From: Paraspadella gotoi
Lineage: Eukaryota > Animalia > Chaetognatha
Length of the DNA: 64,000 nt
Assembly (NCBI GenBank): GCA_051294375.1
Contig: CM119263.1
Span: forward strand, 11,509,130-11,573,129
Direction of reading: 5' to 3'
Positions 24,934-39,348 of the stretch are shown piece after piece. Made by a program: the position numbers and the translations under genes. The number at the start of each line of letters is the position of its first letter. Position 1 is the stretch's first letter. Below the pieces are notes generated by a model. That model was not told where the DNA came from, made no database searches, and worked only from the letters and a program-made list of their open reading frames with translations.

Positions 24934-26700
24934 CTTTCCCTCCCTCCCTCTCTCACGTCCTTGAAATGGGTTCGATGTTAACCTTTGAAGACGCCAAGTA
25001 GAGAGGGAACCCCAAAAACGGAATTTCAAACAAAATGGAAAAAATCTTAAGAGGGTCAATTTTTCGAGGAATTTTTGGGAAAATCGAAAAGCGAGCGACT
25101 CGGAGTGGAGTCTCTGTTTGTTTGAGATTTTTCGGGCGCGAAGCTCGAGAAGGCGGGCGTGAGTTCGGCGGTGCGAGAGGGATAGAAAGAGGGGGGGGNN
25201 NNNNNNNNNNNNNNNNNNNNNNNNNNNNNNNNNNNNNNNNNNNNNNNNNNNNNNNNNNNNNNNNNNNNNNNNNNNNNNNNNNNNNNNNNNNNNNNNNNNN
25301 NNNNNNNNNNNNNNNNNNNNNNNNNNNNNNNNNNNNNNNNNNNNNNNNNNNNNNNNNNNNNNNNNNNNNNNNNNNNNNNNNNNNNNNNNNNNNNNNNNNN
25401 NNNNNNNNNNNNNNNNNNNNNNNNNNNNNNNNNNNNNNNNNNNNNNNNNNNNNNNNNNNNNNNNNNNNNNNNNNNNNNNNNNNNNNNNNNNNNNNNNNNN
25501 NNNNNNNNNNNNNNNNNNNNNNNNNNNNNNNNNNNNNNNNNNNNNNNNNNNNNNNNNNNNNNNNNNNNNNNNNNNNNNNNNNNNNNNNNNNNNNNNNNNN
25601 NNNNNNNNNNNNNNNNNNNNNNNNNNNNNNNNNNNNNNNNNNNNNNNNNNNNNNNNNNNNNNNNNNNNNNNNNNNNNNNNNNNNNNNNNNNNNNNNNNNN
25701 NNNNNNNNNNNNNNNNNNNNNNNNNNNNNNNNNNNNNNNNNNNNNNNNNNNNNNNNNNNNNNNNNNNNNNNNNNNNNNNNNNNNNNNNNNNNNNNTTTTA
25801 TTTTTTTTTTCACTCGAGTCGAGCTTATTTAAAATTTAGCTTTCTCCCTTTTTTGTTTAATTTCTAGTTAAATCGACCTTTTCACTTTTCCACCGAGCGA
25901 TTAATTATTTCTTGCCTGTCTCCTTGCAATATATCCTTGTTTTTTGACCCTTCCTTCCGGTATCCTTACTCAATACGTTTCTCACCTCTCTCTCTCGCGC
26001 GCTCTTAACCCTCTCTCGCTCACCTCTCTCTNNNNNNNNNNTTCCTTCCGGTATCCTTACTCAATACGTTTCTCACCTTTCTCTCTCGCGCGCTCTTAAC
26101 CCTCTCTCGCTCACCTCTATCTCCCACGTTTTCCCCCCTTTCTTTCTCACCTTTCTCTCGCTCTCTCTCTCGCCGCGGCGGCCGACGTCGAAGGCACGTG
26201 AAATCTTCGCGAACCCAGATTCAGCGCTCGAGAAACAAATTATCAACAATTTCTTCTTCTTCCTCCTTTTTTAATCCTCCTCCTCCTCTTCCTCTAAAAA
26301 CCCCTCCTCTTCCTCCTCCTCCTCCTCCTTTCGGCTCCTTCGTTTCGCTCCTTTCTTCTTACCCAAAAAATATTGTCTAAGGAGTCAGAGTCTGTGATCC
26401 TTGCCTTCTCGACCGACGCTTCGATCGCCGATTAAATCTATTCGTTTTTGTTTTTTCTTCTCTTATTTTCTTAAAAAGAAAAACTTTTTCTATTAATAAA
26501 AAAAATAAAAATAAAAAATCTCGTGTTTTCATCCTTTACTTTTCTTTCCTTTTGATCGCTGCCTTCGCCGTCTGCACAGTTTTTTTTTCTCTTGTTTTTT
26601 TTTCTGTCTGTTTCTTTTGAATCATCGCGTTGTTATGGCGACGTTTGTTTCCACGTGACGCGGTCATCACTCTCCATATCTGGCAGAAAGAACGACGTCT

Positions 26701-26739
<39 letters not shown>

Positions 26740-26799
26740 GGAGAAGAGAGAGAGGCGGAGCGACGGAATTTGTACGCGCTGAATGTTTTTTGTGTTGCT

Positions 26800-29700
26800 G
26801 TTTTCTTTTCCTCTCCTCGGCCCGAATCTTTTTACCAGTTTTGTTTTTTTTAACTTGCGTCGTCGAGAAAGAAACGCGTCTTTTATTTCGGGCGACGAAC
26901 GAAGGACGACGGACGAAGAGCGAGGGAGAACGACCGGACGAAAGACGAATGGACGAAGACGAACGAGCGTCTATTGCAGCCCGCAAAAAAGGAAGGATTA
27001 TGTTTTTTACTTCGCTTCTCGTCTCCTTTTTCGTTTTTCGGGCAACTTGACTCAAAAAATTCGGCGCGCCTTGCGACGAAATTTAGTTTTCTCACGTTCT
27101 CCGTCGCGCGCGGTCTTGCGTTTTGTTGATTTTTTTTCGACGCGTTTTTTAGGACGGGGGACGGGTTAAACAACACACACCAAAGAAGAAAAAAAAGAAC
27201 AAAATGACGCCAAAATAAATACTTAAAATTTTAAAAGCAAAGAAAAAATCAAGCGAACTCTGTAATCATAGAGATTTTGTTTTATTATTCTTGTAAAAAA
27301 AAAAACTCCTTTCCATCATCTTCTCACTGCGTTCGTCTAAGTGATATCACGGGCAAATTTTTAAATCGACGAGAATGTTGTTTTTTTTGTTTTGTTTTTT
27401 GTTTTTCATCTGCGTTTTTGTTCCTGGGAGGCCGCCATCTTCTTCCTCCTTCCTACGCCGCCGAATCGATTCCCCACGACGTAAATCGATGACTCGATGG
27501 ACGGCCGTCCACGTCGACGAACGACAACCGACGAATGACGCGCTCGAGCGGAGAGTCGCGTGTGCAACACGCCACTACACAGAGGCGAGACGAACGACGA
27601 GCGAAGCGGCAACGATAACTGCGACGGACGACGATGATGAGTGGACTCTGACTGACCGGAAGAGGAGAAAGCGGGATGAGAGAGGGGGAGGTGGGCGAGG
27701 AGGAGAAGGAGGAAGAAGAGGAGAGGAGGACGGGGAGTGATGGAGAGAGATAGCGGCGGGAGAAAGAAGAGGGGGGGAGGCTTTTGGGTCGAGCAATAGA
27801 GAAAGAAAGAAAAGGGAGAAAAAAGTGAACGATTATGAATTAGAAGAAAAAAAGGAGCACGAATTAAAACAGTAGAATGAATAACACATAAGTAGAGAGT
27901 AAAAAGAAGCAGGACACGGGAGAGTAGAAACCAAGAGGCGGAACAGGATATTTAGGTCAACTAGGAGAAAAACACAATCAGAAGGACGTAGTTCCGTGCC
28001 GTCGAATGGTGACTGGAATCAACAGGCGACGAACAAACCCAGGCGAACGAAATTTCTTAAACGTTTCCGCTTTCATGACCGGAGCGATGGTCGACGAACG
28101 AGGACAATAACGACGAGCGACGATTTCAGAATTGCAGATCGATCTATCACTGGTTTAGGAAGTATTAGTTTTGGAGTATATCGTTCTCATATAATGCACA
28201 GGTAATTTTTATCCTTTTTTCCATAGAAAAATGTCTTATACTTTTAATAATAACAGTGTCTATCCTAAAGTCGTAGACCGATGGGGGGGTGGTTCTCTAA
28301 TTTAAGCTGCTCAGTTCACAGATATGCGACAGACATGAGGATATGGTGACTATATTTGCAAAATTAATCAAAAAAAGAGTTTTGATATTTTTTTCAAAAA
28401 ATTAGCGTTGGTTAACGTTGTTAAAAGCTGAATTAAGGAAAATATTTGATGTTTTCTCTAAAGTTATTGTCATGGTGGCACGTTGTATAAGCCGGGGCAA
28501 ATCAAATGCGTGTCTACTCCCTATAACTATGAAAAAGACATCACCGAATACAACGTATTTTTTTAGACTTAGTTTTTAAAATAGCTAATTGATTTTTATG
28601 AAACCTTTAAAAAAATATAACCTATCTGGTATATTCTTCCAGTTTAAATAGGGCTAGGTTCATATTGACCCAATGGGCGGGACGTCGCGACGAGNNNNNN
28701 NNNNNNNNNNNNNNNNNNNGTCCAACATTATTCGTCCAGAGCTTTAATTTGTAATTAAATTTTATACCTTTTTTTTTTCACGAATCCGATTTATACGAAG
28801 GCTATTTGATTATATAGTAAAATAATACGTTGAATTAATATCGAAAACACTACGTTATATTATATACTATTATGTTATGTTATATTATTAGTATACTATA
28901 TTACTCTCAAATCCTCAACGAACGTGCTTTTTCCCTTTATTAGTTACAAATCTCATACGACGGGTGTAACAACCAGAGCATAAAAGATTCGATTACAACT
29001 TTTTTTTCCCTTCGCGATTTATCACCAACGTAACCGAGACCTGTCCTGGCTCAAGACGGGACAACCGGGGGAGAATGGGGGCGGGAGAGAAAAAGATGAA
29101 AGGGGAAAGAAAGAGGAGGGGGCCGGCGGGGGGCGCATGACCAGGGCGTAAATGCGGACTTAATCTAGAATAGAGGGGGGAAAAGTAAAGGAATAAAAAC
29201 GGTGTTAATGTGATGAGGCCAATAAAAGGGGAAAAAAGGGGGAACCTGAGAGAATCCCGATCGAGGGGAGGGTCGAGTCTTCGGAATTAAAACGGAGGAA
29301 AGGAAAGAATTGAAAACTCCTGGGAAAGAAAAAGAGGGGATTCGAAGGAAGGAAAGGTTCGACGATTGACGCGTTACTGGATTCGATCCAAACGAGATTC
29401 TCGTCGATAGATATTGAAAGGAGGCTCACGAGCGATAAGGACCCACCTGGCTTAAACGGTTGGACGGTAAAGGCTTTCGTCTTTGCGTTTATTGCGTTGA
29501 TGCGATATGAACCGGATTAATTACCGCACTGCTCCCTTTTAAGATAACTTTCTTGAATAAGTCATTATGTTATTATGTTGTTATGTTATTATTATGTTAC
29601 CAGTTGCGCGGTGAAACACAATTTCGCGATTCCGTCAGAATTACAATTACGCAGTATTGTTTCTTTTTCTTTTTCTTTTTAATTATATTCATTCGACATA

Positions 29701-30700
29701 GAAACTTTTAAAGATCAATTATAGATGGTTATCTAAACATTTTTTTATTTTCGAAATATAATTTATTATTTAAACTGGGTTTTCGTTTAGCAATTTAATT
29801 TCCCTTTTTTGATTTAAGTTTAAAAGCATTGTTATAAGGTTTTATTGAAGTTTAACTTTTTACTTTCTTTTTCCTCCTTTTACTTATTTATTCTTTTTTT
29901 TCTTATTTCATACTTTACTTTCTGACTGTTGTACATTTCTTTTCTCAAATTAATAAGTTAATACTTTGCCGACGATCCATTTTCCTTCTTCTTTTTAATG
30001 CCTTACTTCATTATCCTTTCCTCTTAATCTTATTCTTCTCTCGATTCGTCCTTCCCTTATTTATGTTTTTTTTTCTCTCTCGTTTTCGATTTTAGACTTT
30101 GCTTTCGATACCAACTTTCGCTCTTTTCTTACATTTGACTTTATTTCCTGATGACGAGGGAGGAGACAGCGGCGAAAAAAAAGGAGCCGGCGCGGACGCC
30201 GGCAGCGGCCGCCGGAAGTATGTGGGCGCCGGCGGCGGCTCGTTGGGCTGACCGCGGCTGACCGGCCGGAGCGGAGAGAACGGACGCAGCCGTCCGGAGT
30301 CGTAAAGATAACGCCGTTCCGTTGCGCAGTTTGAGCGCCATGGACGCGGGGAAGGGCCAGAAAGGAAAGGGCGACAAAAGGAAAGGCGAAAAGGAAAGAA
30401 AAGAAAGATGCTTGGAAAAAGAATGGAAAAGGCGAGGTAAACGCGCGNNNNNNNNNNNNNNNNNNNNNNNNNTTTTCCAACATTTTTCTTTTCTTCCTTT
30501 TCCCTTTCCTTTTTCGCCCTTTCCTTTCTGCCCTTCCCCGCGTCCATCGCTTTCACCCAACGGACGGCGTTATCTTTACGACTCCGCGGCTGCGTCCTTC
30601 TCTCCGCTCCGCCGTCAGCCGCGTCAGCCCACGCCGCCGCCGCGCCCACTGAAAAAAAATTTCAGCGTACAAATTCCGTCGCTCGTCTCTCTCTTCTCTC

Positions 30701-30745
<45 letters not shown>

Positions 30746-32533
30746 NNNNNNNNNNNNNNNNNNNNNNNNNNNNNNNNNNNNNNNNNNNNNNNNNTGATGA
30801 CGAGGGAGGAGACAGCGGCGAAAAAAAAGGAGCCGGCGCGGACGCCGGCAGCGGCCGCCGGAAGTATTTTTTTTTTCTTTTTCTTTTCTCTCTCCCCGAA
30901 TCTTTTCCACTTTTTTTTTAACTTCGTCTCGAGAAGAAACGCGTCTTTTTTTCGCGACGACGAAGACGACGACGAAGACGACGAAGACGACGGAGACGAC
31001 GACGAAGACGACGAAGACGACGACGTCTTCCACCCAAAAAAGGAAGATTTTTTTTTCTCCTTCTCTCTCCTTTTTTTTTCGATTTCAAAATCTCGCGCGC
31101 TGACGAAATTTAGTTTTCTCACTTCTCTCGCGCGCGTCTCGTTTTGTTGATTTTTTTTTTCGACCGTTTTTAGACGGGGATGGGTTAACAACACACAAAA
31201 AAAAAAAATGAGCCAAAATAAATACTATAAAATTTTAAAAGCAAAGAAAAATCAAGCATCGTAATCATAGAGATTTTGTTTTATATTCTTGTAAAAAAAA
31301 AAAAACTCTTTCCATCTCTTCACTCGTTCGTCTAATGAATCACGCAAATTTTAAATCGACGAATGTTTTTTTTTTGTTTTGTTTTGTTTTCAACTCGTTT
31401 TGTTCCTGGGAGCGCCATCTTCTTCCTCTTCCCCCGCCGCCAGAATCGATTCCCACGACGTATCGATGACCGATGGACGGCCGGTCCACGACGACGACGA
31501 CGACGACAACGACGATGACCGCTCGAGGGAGAGTCCGTGTCAACACGACTACAGCGACGACGAAGACGACGACGACGATAACTGCGACGACGACGATGAT
31601 GATGGACTCTGACTGACCGGAGAGGAGAAGCGGGATGAAGAGGGGGAGGTGGAGGAGGAGGAGAAGGAGGAAGAAGAGGAGGAGGAGGACGGGAGTGATG
31701 GAAGAGATAGCGGCGGGAGAAAAAGGGGGGGGGAGGCTTTGGTCGAGCATAGAAAAGAAAAAAAGGGAGAAAAAAGTGACGATTAAATTAGAAGAAAAAA
31801 AGAGACGAATTAAAACATAGAATGAAAACACATAAGTAGAGAGAAAAAGAAGAGACAACGGAGAGTAAGAGAACAAGAGGGGAAAGGATATTTAGTCAAA
31901 GAGAAAAACACAATAGAAGGACGTAGTTCTATACGTCGATTGTGACTGAATCAACAGGCGACCAACCAGGCGACGAAATTCTTAAAATGTTTCCGCTTTC
32001 ATGACGACGATGTCGACGAACAGGACAATAACGACGAGCACGATTTTCAGATTGCTTCATCTATCACTGTTTAGAATTTAGTTATTGATATACGTTCTCA
32101 ATAATGCACAGTATTTAATCCCTTTTTTCATAGAAAAATTTTATATTTTAAATAATAACAGTTCAACCAAAAGTCGTAGACCGATGGGGGTGGTCTCTCT
32201 TTAAAGCTCTCAGTTCACAGATATCGACAGACATAGATATTTGACTATATTTTGAAAAATTAATAAAAAAAGTTGTGATATTTTTCAAAAAATTACGTTG
32301 TTAACTTTAAAAGCTGAATTAAGAAATATTTTGTTTTCTCTAAATTATTTCATTGGCCGGTAAAGCCCAAATCAAATGCGTGTCTACTCCCTATAACTAG
32401 AAAAACACACCGAATAAATATTTTTTAACTTATTTTTAAAATAGCTAATTGATTTTTATGAAAACCTTTAAAAAAAACCTTATTGTATATTTCCAAGTTT
32501 ATAGGTAGTTTCATTTGACAAATGCGTCGCGAC
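26800..32533. other. Direct duplication (26800-28694 vs 30866-32533) plus local inverted copies around gaps; probable artefact
   Basis: The first copy is insertion-rich, the second is deletion-rich, and the first ends at the 25-N gap 28695-28719. 30221-30421 is inverted at 30473-30650 around another 25-N gap. 30147-30220 recurs at 30795-30866. Confidence 0.8.
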
Positions 32534-33254
32534 GCAACTGATCATACTCAGTAAAAAAGTGAGCGATTGAATAAATAAGAACCGGTATAATGAGAAATAA
32601 AATAGCCGAGAATGAGTTTTTAAATCAAAGGGGACATAAAAACTGGAGATGAACGCAGATGAATAAATACGAGATCGAGACGACGGCGACGACGATAAAG
32701 ACGACGACGGTGACGATCACGAGAGATAACGATGGGTTGAAAGAAATACGAAGAAATAATTAAATCCATCCTCTGCATTGAAACAAATCTAAAGAGCTAT
32801 TTTCTTCTATTGAATTTTTAATGTTTGCGAATAAATCAGAACAAATCGCTCGTGGTGATTATATGAGAGGAAGAATATCACGGGACACTGTGAAAACAAT
32901 TAAACCAAATTGGAAAAAGGTGAGTACCGTGGTTCGACTCTTTCTAATCGCCAAAGTCGGTCAGCTCTTCGAATAATTTTGTTTTGTTAAGTATAATATA
33001 TAATAAATATTGTCATGAGACCATAATCATTTCTTTATATTTCATACTTATTATTGAATTCGAAAACATATTTGACAATGGTGAAAGAGCCAAGCAGAGA
33101 GTTTTGCAACATAGAGAGAGAGATAGAGAGAGAGAAAGAGAGAGAGAAAGAGGAAGAGAGAGACAAGAGAGGAGACGGAGAAAGAGAGAAAGAGAGAAAG
33201 AGAAGAGAAGAGAAGAGAAGAGAGAAGAGAGAGAGAAAGAAGAGAGAAGAGAGA

Positions 33255-33304
<50 letters not shown>

Positions 33305-33649
33305 AGAGAGCAGAGAAGAGGAGAGAGAGGAGAGAGTAGACAGAGAAAGAATCAGGCTTTAATATCGTCAAGCTCGAATCGTTTGTCAATTCGACAATTG
33401 AAAAGGAAAGAAAAGAAAAAGAAGGACGGAGCTCCATTAAATTAAAACCCGTCGAGATTGAATGGAAAAGAAAGTGAATGATGCGGTCGTAATCGCTCCA
33501 TCATCGTAGCCATCCACCTCCGTCGTCTGCCACCGTCCCAGGACCGGTACCCTGTGCCGGCGTCGTCTGGGAGAAGTGATGACTAGCCAACTGTTAGTTT
33601 TGACACTTGTTACAACGACGGAAGGGAGAAAGAAGAGTTAGAAAGTGAA

Positions 33650-33702
<53 letters not shown>

Positions 33703-35606
33703 AATAAAAAGAGATAAATGAACTTGCTTATTTTTTCTCCAGAGAAAGGAGGCTGGCTGGGACGAATCTAACCGAGAGAGAGAAAAGCGGAAGAGAAGAA
33801 AGTTAAGGTGTGAAGGAAAAGAAAAAAAGGAAAAGGGGAGAAAGGAAAAGAAAGGAAAGGAAGAGAGAAAAGGCAACTTGACGTAATGGAAGAAACATAG
33901 AAAAACAGAACAGATTGTACTTTCACTTTGTGTTGAATAGATGTTCCCTCTATTTCCAGAAGACAACACTGACCTCCCCCACCCAAAAATGAAATATTAG
34001 ATATAAAGAAAAATAAAAATTTTAAAAACGAATATATATATATATAATTGGATAATATAGATTAAATAGTAAAACCTTGAACATTAATAATAGGAAATGA
34101 TTTTGCAAATTTTCATATGTAACTTCCGAAACAACTTATAACATTTTATACGTATCGTATTATGCTTTCCTTTTATGATTTTTATTTAATTCTTTTATTA
34201 TTAACTATGTTCTAGTGAATAGGGAATATTGCATATAGGTACATGGTGAAAGTCGAATTTAGAAGTCTAAAATGATTCGTAGATTCAAATGGTTAGAAGC
34301 AAGGCAAAAAAGAAGAAAGCCGAAAGAAAATCTCTCCACGCATCGAAAAAAAAAACCACAGACAAATTGCCATAAGGAGAGAGAGAAAGTAAGAAGTGAT
34401 TGAGGAGTAGCGATTTTTTTTTAAATCAAAGGTCAATTTGAAAAGGGCCAAGGTCTAAAACGGCCTCTTTCTCACGAAGGCAGAAAACAGCCCGTTTCTG
34501 GTTGAGCGAGGATCGAGCCGCCGTTGGTAGACTCGACTGGGACTGAGACTTCTTTAATCGTCGCCGCGAAAAAAAAAGTCGAAAAAAGTTGGGGGAAAAA
34601 CATTTACATAGCGGATACATAAATCATATTTTTTGCCAACACTGGGACGTCGGATGGAAGACGTTCTCGCCCTCTCACTCGCTCTCGTTTTTAACTGGCA
34701 CTCTCTCTCTCTCTCACACACACACACTCCGTACCCCGTTTCCAAGCAACGCAACGTTGGCTACGCTTCTTTCTTTTTTCTTTCTTTTTTATGTTCGTCA
34801 CGCGGTTTTAAGTTTTAGGCGTCATTACTTGTATTGGCTGCGATTAACTCCACCAAAAGAGGGAGACGAACTTTGACGATGAAATGTCGAGGCCGAATTC
34901 GAAAATGGAAAACAAAAGGGAAGTCGATTTTCTGATTCGACTGTCCTCTGTCCAGCGATGTTTGGAGTTTTGGATTTGCTGCGTCGTTCGAGGGAGCTCG
35001 GAGTTTGCTGTTGGTTCACAGTCGTTTAAGATGTGAGCATTTATCTTTCAGTTGTTTTTTTTTGTCCTATACAATTGATTTTATTTATTTTTAACCGAGT
35101 TTTGTAAATTAATTTTAAAGTATTTTTTTCTTATACACGCTATATAAAAATTACAATTTTCGGAAATCATACAGAATTGTTTAAAAAGTCAGTTTCATTT
35201 GAAATCCGTTAATTTCAATATTTCAACATAATTTTGTAGACAATTATCAAACGTGAATAAAATGATTTGCAATATCGATGATCGAATTGAAACAAAAACG
35301 AATTATTTATTAGAATCGCAACTGAAATTTGAGGATCCGCGCGTCAAATATTTGATTTTGAACGAGATAGAGAGAGAGAGAGAGAAGGAGAGAAATAGAC
35401 AGAGACACGTCCGACAGACAAGGAAGTGTCCCAAAAAATAAGCCGAATGAATTTCCGCCCAAAAATTCAGCCCGAAAATTTTGGGCAGTTAAAAAAAAAG
35501 CCCCCAAAAAATTTGGTGGACGAAAAATTTTGGGGATCGCGATTTTTTTTGTTTCCGTCCCTACCCCTTTGCGCGGTCGTTGTCACCTTCAGGTTTTTTT
35601 CCTTTT

Positions 35607-35720
<114 letters not shown>

Positions 35721-35984
35721 TTTTTCATTCTTTTTTTTTCATCCATTGTGCCAGATGCTTCCTGAAAGGTTTTTTTCCTCCGACGCCGAAAAGAGACGTT
35801 CGGCTCTCTAATTTCATCCCCGTCTGACCCATGACCCGTTGTTAGGGGCAACAATGAGGGGTGATAAAGATTCAGACAGATGACCTGACATATACGGACT
35901 GGCTGAGAAAAAAATTAAAGAAAAACAAAGATAGAATGAAATGAGGAGGGAAATGGATGAACGAAGGTTATAATGAGTTATAAT

Positions 35985-36086
<102 letters not shown>

Positions 36087-36554
36087 AAAAGAGAAAAAAT
36101 AGTACCCCCCAAAAATAATTTTTTAACAACTCTAAGATTTCATATATTGGACATGTAATGATCTAACTGTCTCATATTTTCAAATATGATTTTAGACAGT
36201 ATGTTAAACAATTTGTTCGCATGATGTCGTAGTAACTAAGGATTCGGTCGAGAAAAAAAAACCGAAAAACCCGGATGCTTGACAAAAGACTTTCCTCTAT
36301 ATTAAGGACATTGACTCTCTTTTATTCCCCAGTTGTTGTTGTTGTTGTCGCTTAGCGTTGAGTCGTTGCCGTTGGCGACGTTTCTCTGTCATTCTTTGTC
36401 ATGGGATTTCTTTCCTCTGCTCGCGTTTCCCAAAACTTTCAATCGAGTGAAAACTTATATCTCTCTATTGTTCCTCTTATCCAAACCTTTCTTTTAAAGG
36501 TTTCCCCAATCTCCATTCATTCATTTTTTTTCGGTTCTCTCTCTCTCTCTCCTT

Positions 36555-36622
<68 letters not shown>

Positions 36623-36898
36623 TTTCTCTCTATAAAAGAATCCATCCGTAAAGTTGTTTTTTTCACGAAGTTCACAAAGGTTTTTCCCGGGTCAAAGAAG
36701 CGATTAAGTTGGGGAGGGTCACCGCTTCGTTCACTCTTGAGCCTGTTCTATTCACTTTTTTTCCCTTTTTGATCAGAAATGTCTTGAGTTTTGCAACAGA
36801 CTCGTTGTAAGTATAGATAAATCAATATCCAAGTTTAGTATTCTTCGCTTCCTTCTCTGTCATGCCTTTGCTACCCCATGTCTCTCTCCTCTCTTCAG

Positions 36899-37379
36899 AC
36901 ATCAGGCTCCTTCGACGAGCCTTTCCTCTGCCTTGTTAACCTCCCATCGGAAATCGGTGTTGCTCCGGCTCAGTCGGCGTCGGTGGCGGCGGGAAATGTG
37001 GCGACGGCTGACCTACTTCCGGCCAATCATCGCCCGCCTTTTTTTCCGCCCACCGGCGACCGGTACCGTATCCTCCTGTCGCACGCTTGTTGACTCTCGA
37101 TCCTCGGCCAATCAAGAAGCGTCAGTCTTTGATCAATTTCCGGGTGAAAATAAAAAAGTTGATGTTTACCGCAACATTAATTCCTTTTGCTCTTTTTTCG
37201 TTAGGTTTAAGGTGAATGTATAAATTTATTTACTAGTATTTTTTTGTGACAAATTTACCATATATATTGTATACTATATATAAAAATCGTTTTTTGTAAA
37301 CAATAAAAGCTTTTTTTCTCTAAATCAACTCCAAAAGTTTTCTCCTAAAAGCGGCTAAAAATCCCACGAAGATTCAAAA

Positions 37380-37415
<36 letters not shown>

Positions 37416-39323
37416 GGGATCATTTCCAAGGTGCTCTCCATCCCTGACCTCCCTTCATCTAAAGACCCTCCCATCGTTTGACCTCCCATTATCCCGTCAT
37501 CGCACGACCGCGCGAGACTTCTCATAATCTCGAGCTCCGCTGTTGACCTTTAACCGACCATAATCGTCGGATCTCCCTTTTGATGTCTGACCTTGTCGAC
37601 GTCTCTACTCCTCCCCGTCAATCCCCGCCGACGTCTGACCTCCTTCTTGTCGTCATCGTAGTCGTCGTCGTCGTCGTCGTCGTCGTCGGCCTCATGACGT
37701 AAGAGTCATGTTTTCTTCACGCTTTATTAATTTCACGGTGTGACCCACATCTCGGGAGAAGGGGATGGAGATTTCTTTCGTGTTTCTCTTTTATTTTTTT
37801 CTTAGACTTAATACTCAGTTTCTCCTCATTTAAAATCCCCAGAGTCTTTTGGGCTTTCTTATACAGTTTATATTGAATAACTGATCTCTCCTACTTCCCT
37901 CGTTTAACTTGCTCTTCTTTTGCTTCATCGCACCTCTCTTTGTCATCCCCCCCTCTCTACCCCTCCCTTCCAGTTTTGACCCACTTTCCCACGCCGTGTC
38001 ACGCGGGCGACGGCCGGCCGGTCAGTCAGCGCCGACCGGCCGGCTAAACCCGCCGCACCGCTCCCCGGCCGGTCAGTCCCGGCGCACCGGCCGGTGGAGG
38101 GCGGCCGCTCGCCGGCTCGAGGGGACAATGGGGCCTCGATTGTCCGTCAAAGGGCCGGCCGGCCAATGTCCAAGGAGACGGAGGAAAGACGAGCGTTGTA
38201 CACTCGTTTTTACTCGACGCTGTAGACTTTAGTTGATTAATTCATTGATGCTACGATAATTAAAGCATGTTGAAGCCGGAAACAATACCGCTTTATTGAC
38301 TTCTTACTCCATTTCGATTTCTGTTTAACAATCCCCCTCTCACTTTCAAACTCCTACTCCCATTTCCATTCACCTCACCTCACTGGCTCACCTCCCATTC
38401 CCTTCCCGAGCTCCTCTCTCTCCCCGCTCTGACCGGCCAACCGTTTATTCCTCAATTATGGTCGCTCAGTTGCCCACATAAACACAATGTCCATTGACAT
38501 GCGACGTCGGTGGACGGAAGACGCGTGGGCGGAAGAGGAGGGCTTGTGGGGCGACGGGAAGGGGTTTCATGAAGTGGGGTGATAGAAGCGACGATGTAAG
38601 GAGGGTGTGGTAAGTATTAAGTAAATGTGTCAAGATTCAAAGTCGGATGAATTGTACGTGGAGTTTAAAAAATTAATAATAGTTTAATGAAAGTATTAAT
38701 TTGTAAAGTAAATTGTTTCTCTAGAGAGTATCGAGATGGTTTCGAGATGTTAAGCATCGCCGCTCATCATCGGTCATTCTCGTCGCCGTCAGAGGGACGA
38801 TGGACGACCGGAACCGGCACGCCGGGCGTCGCTTACACCCGACCGGCGCCGCCCAACGTCGATGGAAGCGCCCGGCGTGAATCACGTGACGAGCGGACGA
38901 ACGCAAACAGTCCGATAGCTCGAGTCTTTATAACATCTACCGACCTGGTGCAGTATCGTCCTCGGCGTCGTATAATGTTAGTTTTAAATTTATAATTGAC
39001 AATCTGACAAACATCGAAATGGATATTTGTCAATAGACATTCACTCGTTTAATTACCGAATGAAACACGGGAATGGCAATTGGACATTCCAGGTCAAGGG
39101 AAGTCATCACCCACCGTCCCTTCGAGGCCGCGGACACCCGTTTTCCGGGTCAAGTTGACCGAGAGGAGAAACAGATTTCCTCACGCTACGACGCCCGGCG
39201 CCCGGTGACACGCCGCTTTCTCCGCTCTCACGTCACTCTTTAGGCGTCACTTAAACGCCGGCTAATGGACGAGCGCCACGTGGACTGTCCATCATCGTTG
39301 AGTCCGGGAGAAGAGTGGGACGG
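36899..39323 (+). CDS. Cluster of candidate exons of one error-riddled gene (36899-37143, 37417-37698, 38725-38947, 39093-gap)
   Basis: GC-rich islands each preceded by a pyrimidine-rich acceptor (CTCTTCAG, TCTCTTAG, TTTCTCTAG, ATTCCAG) and, for the first three, followed by GT. 38725-38947 is fully open (EYRDGFEMLSIAAHHRSFSSPSEGRW...). The others need 1-bp indels, for example at the T7 run near 37040. Confidence 0.45.
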
Positions 39324-39348
39324 NNNNNNNNNNNNNNNNNNNNNNNNN

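Noticed and set aside
24953-25832. Longest ORFs in the track (265-286 aa)
   Set aside because: They consist almost entirely of N-gap.
25951-26121. 80-bp direct repeat
   Set aside because: It flanks a 10-N gap and looks like an unmerged contig overlap.
30221-30650. ~200-bp GC-rich long hairpin
   Set aside because: It is centred on a 25-N gap and the arms differ by read-type indels, so it is most likely a chimeric or over-filled join.
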